Shown: positions 55,342-64,000 of the stretch, in pieces | How the letters are laid out: every line of letters begins with the position of its first letter | Numbering within the stretch: position 1 is the stretch's first letter | NCBI RefSeq assembly: GCF_009914755.1 | Contig: NC_060936.1 | Length of the DNA: 64,000 bases | Direction: 5' to 3' (one strand) | DNA from: the human T2T-CHM13v2.0 reference genome, Homo sapiens | Notes under the pieces: model-generated | Databases searched by the model: none | Told to the model about the DNA's origin: nothing | Seen by the model: the letters and a program-made list of their open reading frames with translations, nothing else | Program-made: the position numbers and the translations under genes

Positions 55342-56093
55342 TTAAAAACATTAGCGGGGCATGGTGGTGCACACTTGTAGTCCCAGGCACTCGGGAGGCT
55401 GGGACAGGAGGATTGCTTGAGCCCAGGAATTTGAGGCTGCAGTGAGCTGTGATTGAGCAACTGTATTCCAGCCTGAGCGATACAGCAAGATCCTGTCTCA
55501 AAAAAAAAAAAAAAAAAAAAAAAGAAGAAGAAGAAAAGAAAGAGGATGGAAATAAGAATATATATTTGCACAAAGACACAGTGGAAAGATGATATAAATT
55601 TTACCAATAGGAGGCATGAGGGATGAGGCAGAAGCGGGACTTCTCAGTTTATACCTGTTTTTATTATTTTGATTTTTAAACTATTCAAGAAAAACTCCAA
55701 TAATTTAAAAATAGACAAAGGAGAAAAAAGGAGTTAGAGTAAGGGGAAGCGCACAGCTGAGCACATTGCCTCATGGCGGGCTTCCTCCTTGCCTGGAGGG
55801 TAGGGGTGAGGAGCGGACCCTACCATAAACTGAGCTTGGACTTGTGCCTGCTGTGTGGGCCTGGCCGTCCTGATTGCTGGCTTGAGATGGTTGGTGTTAC
55901 CTGTCGGGGCTCTTGGCCTTTCTCGTGGCAGGCTGATAAAGCCTGCAGATCCCTTTCAGAATGAAGTTTTTAAACGAATAAGAGAAAATACATAGCATGG
56001 TAGCAAGGCACGGTGGTTCACGCCTGTAATCCCAGCACTTTGGGAGGCCCAGGCAGGCAGATCACCTGAGGGCAGGAGTTCCAGACCAGCCTA

Positions 56094-56297
<204 letters not shown>

Positions 56298-57194
56298 TCA
56301 GATGGTAAAATACATGGGCAATTTGCATAGAGAGGAAGCAGCATGAGTAAAAGCACAGAGGACTGGAAGCACCCTTGGGTGCCCCTGAGGAACTGTGAGG
56401 GATCCCGGGGTGGCTGGAATGCAGGCCACACAGGCAGGGGGAGGTGAGGAGGTGGGCTCACCTGCAAGCCAGGGGTCACCACGGAATGCACTGGGGTCTT
56501 TCCAGGCATCATCTCCCCTTCATTCCTCCCCCTTACCTCTCCACTCCCCTTCTTCCTCTTTTCCCCACCCAGACACCTAAGAAGGCTAACGAGGCACTTA
56601 GAGTTGCCGATGCTTAACTACTGACCACTGTTTTCAACACGGCTCACTGAGGGCTCACTGGATCGGTGCCTGTGTTAGGACTGACAGCGAGCCAGTTATA
56701 TCTGGGCATTAGCTGATGGCCAGCGTTTAGCTGTAACACACATGGTGAAGCAGACAGAGAAGTCCTTCCAGATTAGAGACAAAGGGGACCCCACACATGA
56801 ATGGGAAGTCAAGAAGCCTTTGTTGGATGGATGGATGGCAATTGTATGCAGTCACTTCATTATATTTTATTCATTCCCTAAGGTCTTATTTATTTATTAT
56901 TTTCTGAGACAGGGTGTCACTCTCTCGCTCAGGCTAGAGTGCAGTGGCACGATCATGGCTCACTTCTGCCTCAAACTCCCAGGCTCCAGCGGTCCTCCCA
57001 CTTCAGCCTCCTGAATATCTGGGAGTACAGGTGTTTGTCACCATGCCTGGCTAATTTTTTTTTAAGTGTATTTTTTGTCTCCCCGTGTTGCCTAGGCTGG
57101 TCTCAAACTCCTGGGCTCAAGAGATCCTCCCACCTCAGCCTCCCAAAGTGCTGGGATTGCAGGCGTGAGCCACTGTGCGTAGCCACTATGGTCT

Positions 57195-58787
<1,593 letters not shown>

Positions 58788-58816
58788 TGAATACTAATCT
58801 GGGAGTTGTTTTCTAG

Positions 58817-58870
58817 AAGTCAGAGGTCCCAGAAGAGTCAGCTCAAAAAAATACCTTTGTCAGTTATTGA
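58817..58870 (+). CDS. CCDC62: CCDC62 exon 12 coding part (KSEVPEESAQKNTFVSY*); exon runs on to 58910
   Basis: Acceptor ttctAG ends 58816; TGA at 58868-58870; donor GTAAGT at 58911. Summed CDS is 2055 nt = 684 aa + stop, the recalled CCDC62 length. Confidence 0.93.
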   Translation, partial: KSEVPEESAQKNTFVSY

Positions 58871-59234
58871 AGGAAACAAAAGGCAACTTCAGTATTCATC
58901 GTGATCACGAGTAAGTCACCTTTGCTTATCTCACCTTATATCTCAATTAATATTTAATAAGTAACTTGGGAACATCGATAACGTTGAGTCAAGGCCATGC
59001 ATTTGTTTGACTTGTAATACTTTCTCTTTTGCTCGACCAATTTATGCATACTTCTAAATTTAATCAGAGTAAAATGTCAATTACTTGCAAAGAAATGCAG
59101 ATCAAAAAGTTCTCCTGCACTCCAGCCTGGGAACACAGTGAGACCTTGTCTCTTAAAAAAAAAAAAAAAAAGGCCGGGCGTGGTGGCTCACACGTGTAAT
59201 CCCATCACTTTGGGAGGCTGAGGCGGCTGGATCA

Positions 59235-59513
<279 letters not shown>

Positions 59514-59524
59514 TCAGAGTCTAA

Positions 59525-61130
<1,606 letters not shown>

Positions 61131-61140
61131 TAAAGTTTTA

Positions 61141-61465
<325 letters not shown>

Positions 61466-61570
61466 TTACATCGAGTAAAATCTTCATAAAAACGTGTATT
61501 GACCCAGTAAGCACTTTCTGGATTTGTGTTTACTTCTATCAAACCTGCATTTCATATGCGGTTTCCTCAG

Positions 61571-61619
61571 AACCCAGTTTGATAAGCTAAAGCGTACAGG
61601 CATTTCGGATCTTTTCAAG
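61571..61619 (+). other. Candidate 49-nt cassette exon of CCDC62
   Basis: Acceptor gtttcctcAG and donor AAG|GTAAGC, both near consensus, in unique sequence 251 nt before the last exon; no transcript evidence available here. Confidence 0.45.
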
Positions 61620-61870
61620 GTAAGCATATCAGCATTTCAAAGACACTGGGGAAGCAGAGAGCCTGAGCAGCGCCGTCCCCGCCCCCATCCCTCCTCCTCT
61701 CCCCTCCCTCTCTCCGCTGAGTTTTCATATTTATAGTATTTTGCATGTCCTGATGTTGATGAAAATCAGGATGTAGAGTTAATATTTTAGACGCCAGGAG
61801 CTTATAGCATGCTCTCCAATATTAATTGATTGTATTTTATTAATGTTGTGTTTTCTTCATCCAAAAGCAG

Positions 61871-61918
61871 ATTTCTCATCTATGTGGAAGGCAGAAAGCA
61901 GACACCAATACTGAATGA
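61871..61918 (+). CDS. CCDC62: Alternative CCDC62 C-terminus (ISHLCGRQKADTNTE*), coding only if exon 12 is skipped (682 aa)
   Basis: Acceptor cAG ends 61870; phase-0 join from exon 11; TGA at 61916-61918. Confidence 0.8.
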   Translation: MSHLCGRQKADTNTE

Positions 61919-62810
61919 ATACTTAACCGTAAAACTGAAAGAGGATTCTAGTTCTTCATAAACGGCACTTAATTCCAGCTGGGAGCAGAACTAGAAAGTT
62001 AATTTTTAAACATCTACACTTCATTTTCAAGTTAACCATTTTTGTGCTGAAGAAATATTTTCATGTGTAAGAAAGTAGACCTTATTGTACATATAGAAAG
62101 TTGGAATTATGCTAAGAATGAAAAAGACTTCTCTGTAAAGATACGGACTACAGTTAAATGCTAGAGAAGCTCTTTAAAAATGTGAATGTCAAATAGAGAA
62201 AGAACCCCTGCATAGAAAGTGCTGTTTTAACTATCTGATTTTTAAAAAATCTGTGCATACATTTAAATTCTAAACAATAGCTTATCAGAGTCAGCTCAAA
62301 ATATATGAGAAACAGTATTCTCTCATGGTTTTAGCTTTTGACTTTGCTGTGTAAATAGACATAAGGTGCTTTGATATAAAATATAAAATGTAACTGGAAA
62401 ATAGCTCGAGGTCCTTCTGTCCCAAGCTGAGCAGAGCCCCATCTTTCTGGGTCTATATTAGTCCCACCTACTGACACAAACAAAAGCTTGCTGGAAGATC
62501 GAGTTTTAGACGCATTTTTAAAAATCTTAAAGACTAAAACACTTCCATTTTAACTTGTAAAGTAATTTAATTTTTTAAAGATTATACTATATGCCTCTGT
62601 GTCTTCTCTAAAAGAATAGATCAACTTCAGTCCATAAAAGATATTTTTAATATTAAAGAAAAAATATGTTTCCTTGGTTTCTTTTTATTTTACAGGAGTA
62701 AAATAAGGAAGGAACGTTCATCACTTTAAACTGAACCTGGCAAGTTAATTTCCTCGGGAATGGGGATGTATTTTTTTAAGCATTGCAGATATCAAAGTTC
62801 TATTGTGCTG

Positions 62811-62816
62811 AATAAA
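62811..62816 (+). terminator. CCDC62 polyadenylation signal AATAAA
   Basis: Canonical hexamer followed by candidate CA cleavage sites and GT/T-rich sequence. Confidence 0.8.
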
Positions 62817-63447
62817 TGCCCCTTTGTTAACAGGTCTCAGTGTTACTTCAGAGATGATTTTCATGAGCGGGGAAGAGCCACCTCATTTAGCCTTTTTAAT
62901 TAGGGTGCTGAAAAGAGAAGTTGGGTGAGGTTTGGTTATGTTCTTTATCAATGTGTGCTTTCTCCCTCAGGCTGGGCTGTCTAGAGCAAAACGGAGAAAG
63001 GTATAGTTGCTTCTGAGCTGCTGCCTGCCAAGTAGAAACCTAAAATGACCCTTGGGGAGCGTGACTTCCTATCTAAGAATCAAAATATTAAATTTTCTCC
63101 TCCTTTTCATGTTCATGACTGCACATCAACTTGCCTAGTGAAAAGGCAACACTGAATAGATGCTAAATAGGAACATGTCAGGGAACTAAAGGATTTGATA
63201 ACAATTAAACATTATTTTATGGCTAAATGTATTTTAGCTCATAGGATTATAGTACCTACGACACCTGACACCTATTGTATCCCACCAGCTTATCGTTCCA
63301 TATGCAATCCAACAATGAGAAATTTCAGCTGGGTGTGGCGGCTTATGCCTGTAATTCCAGCACTTTGGGAGCCTAAGGCAGGTGGATCACTTGAGATCAG
63401 AGGTTCGAGACCAGCCTGGCCAACATGACAAAACCCCCTCTCTACTA

Positions 63448-63927
<480 letters not shown>

Positions 63928-64000
63928 TGATCCACCTTCTCGGCCTCCCAAAGTGCTGGGATTACAGATGTAAGCCACTGCACCTGGCCCAAACTGAGTC

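Larger units (their letters stand above)
61871..62835 (+). other. CCDC62: CCDC62 terminal exon / 3'UTR
   Basis: About 1 kb of repeat-free AT-rich sequence from the acceptor to AATAAA at 62811. Confidence 0.85.

Overview
This is Alu-saturated primate (human-like) genomic DNA, not prokaryotic. Two tandem + strand genes can be rebuilt by hand from GT-AG splice sites and a continuous reading frame. The first is the 3' end of DENR: its last four coding exons and a ~2 kb 3'UTR (706-~6545). The second is the complete CCDC62/ERAP75 gene: CpG-island promoter ~9750-10200, ATG at 10079, 13 exons, 684 aa through exon 12 or 682 aa if exon 12 is skipped, AATAAA at 62811. From recall this is the human 12q24.31 DENR-CCDC62-(HIP1R) locus; HIP1R is not in the window. 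The rest is mostly Alu, plus a 5'-truncated L1PA, older L1/L2/MIR, MER5, MER47, MER21, a MADE1 MITE split by an Alu, a Y3 RNA retropseudogene and microsatellites. Nearly all supplied ORFs are Alu or simple-repeat artefacts. I see no new multi-gene system. The best leads are post-transcriptional and structural: (1) a candidate 49-nt cassette exon that could give CCDC62 a third C-terminus or act as an NMD switch; (2) an in-frame uORF in the CCDC62 leader, next to the re-initiation factor gene DENR; (3) a hairpin-bounded 84-bp inverted duplication; (4) a symmetric 729-nt exon whose circle would be an endless ORF; (5) Pumilio elements generated by a 3'UTR microsatellite. Gene and repeat-family names come from recall, not from a search, and repeat boundaries are approximate.
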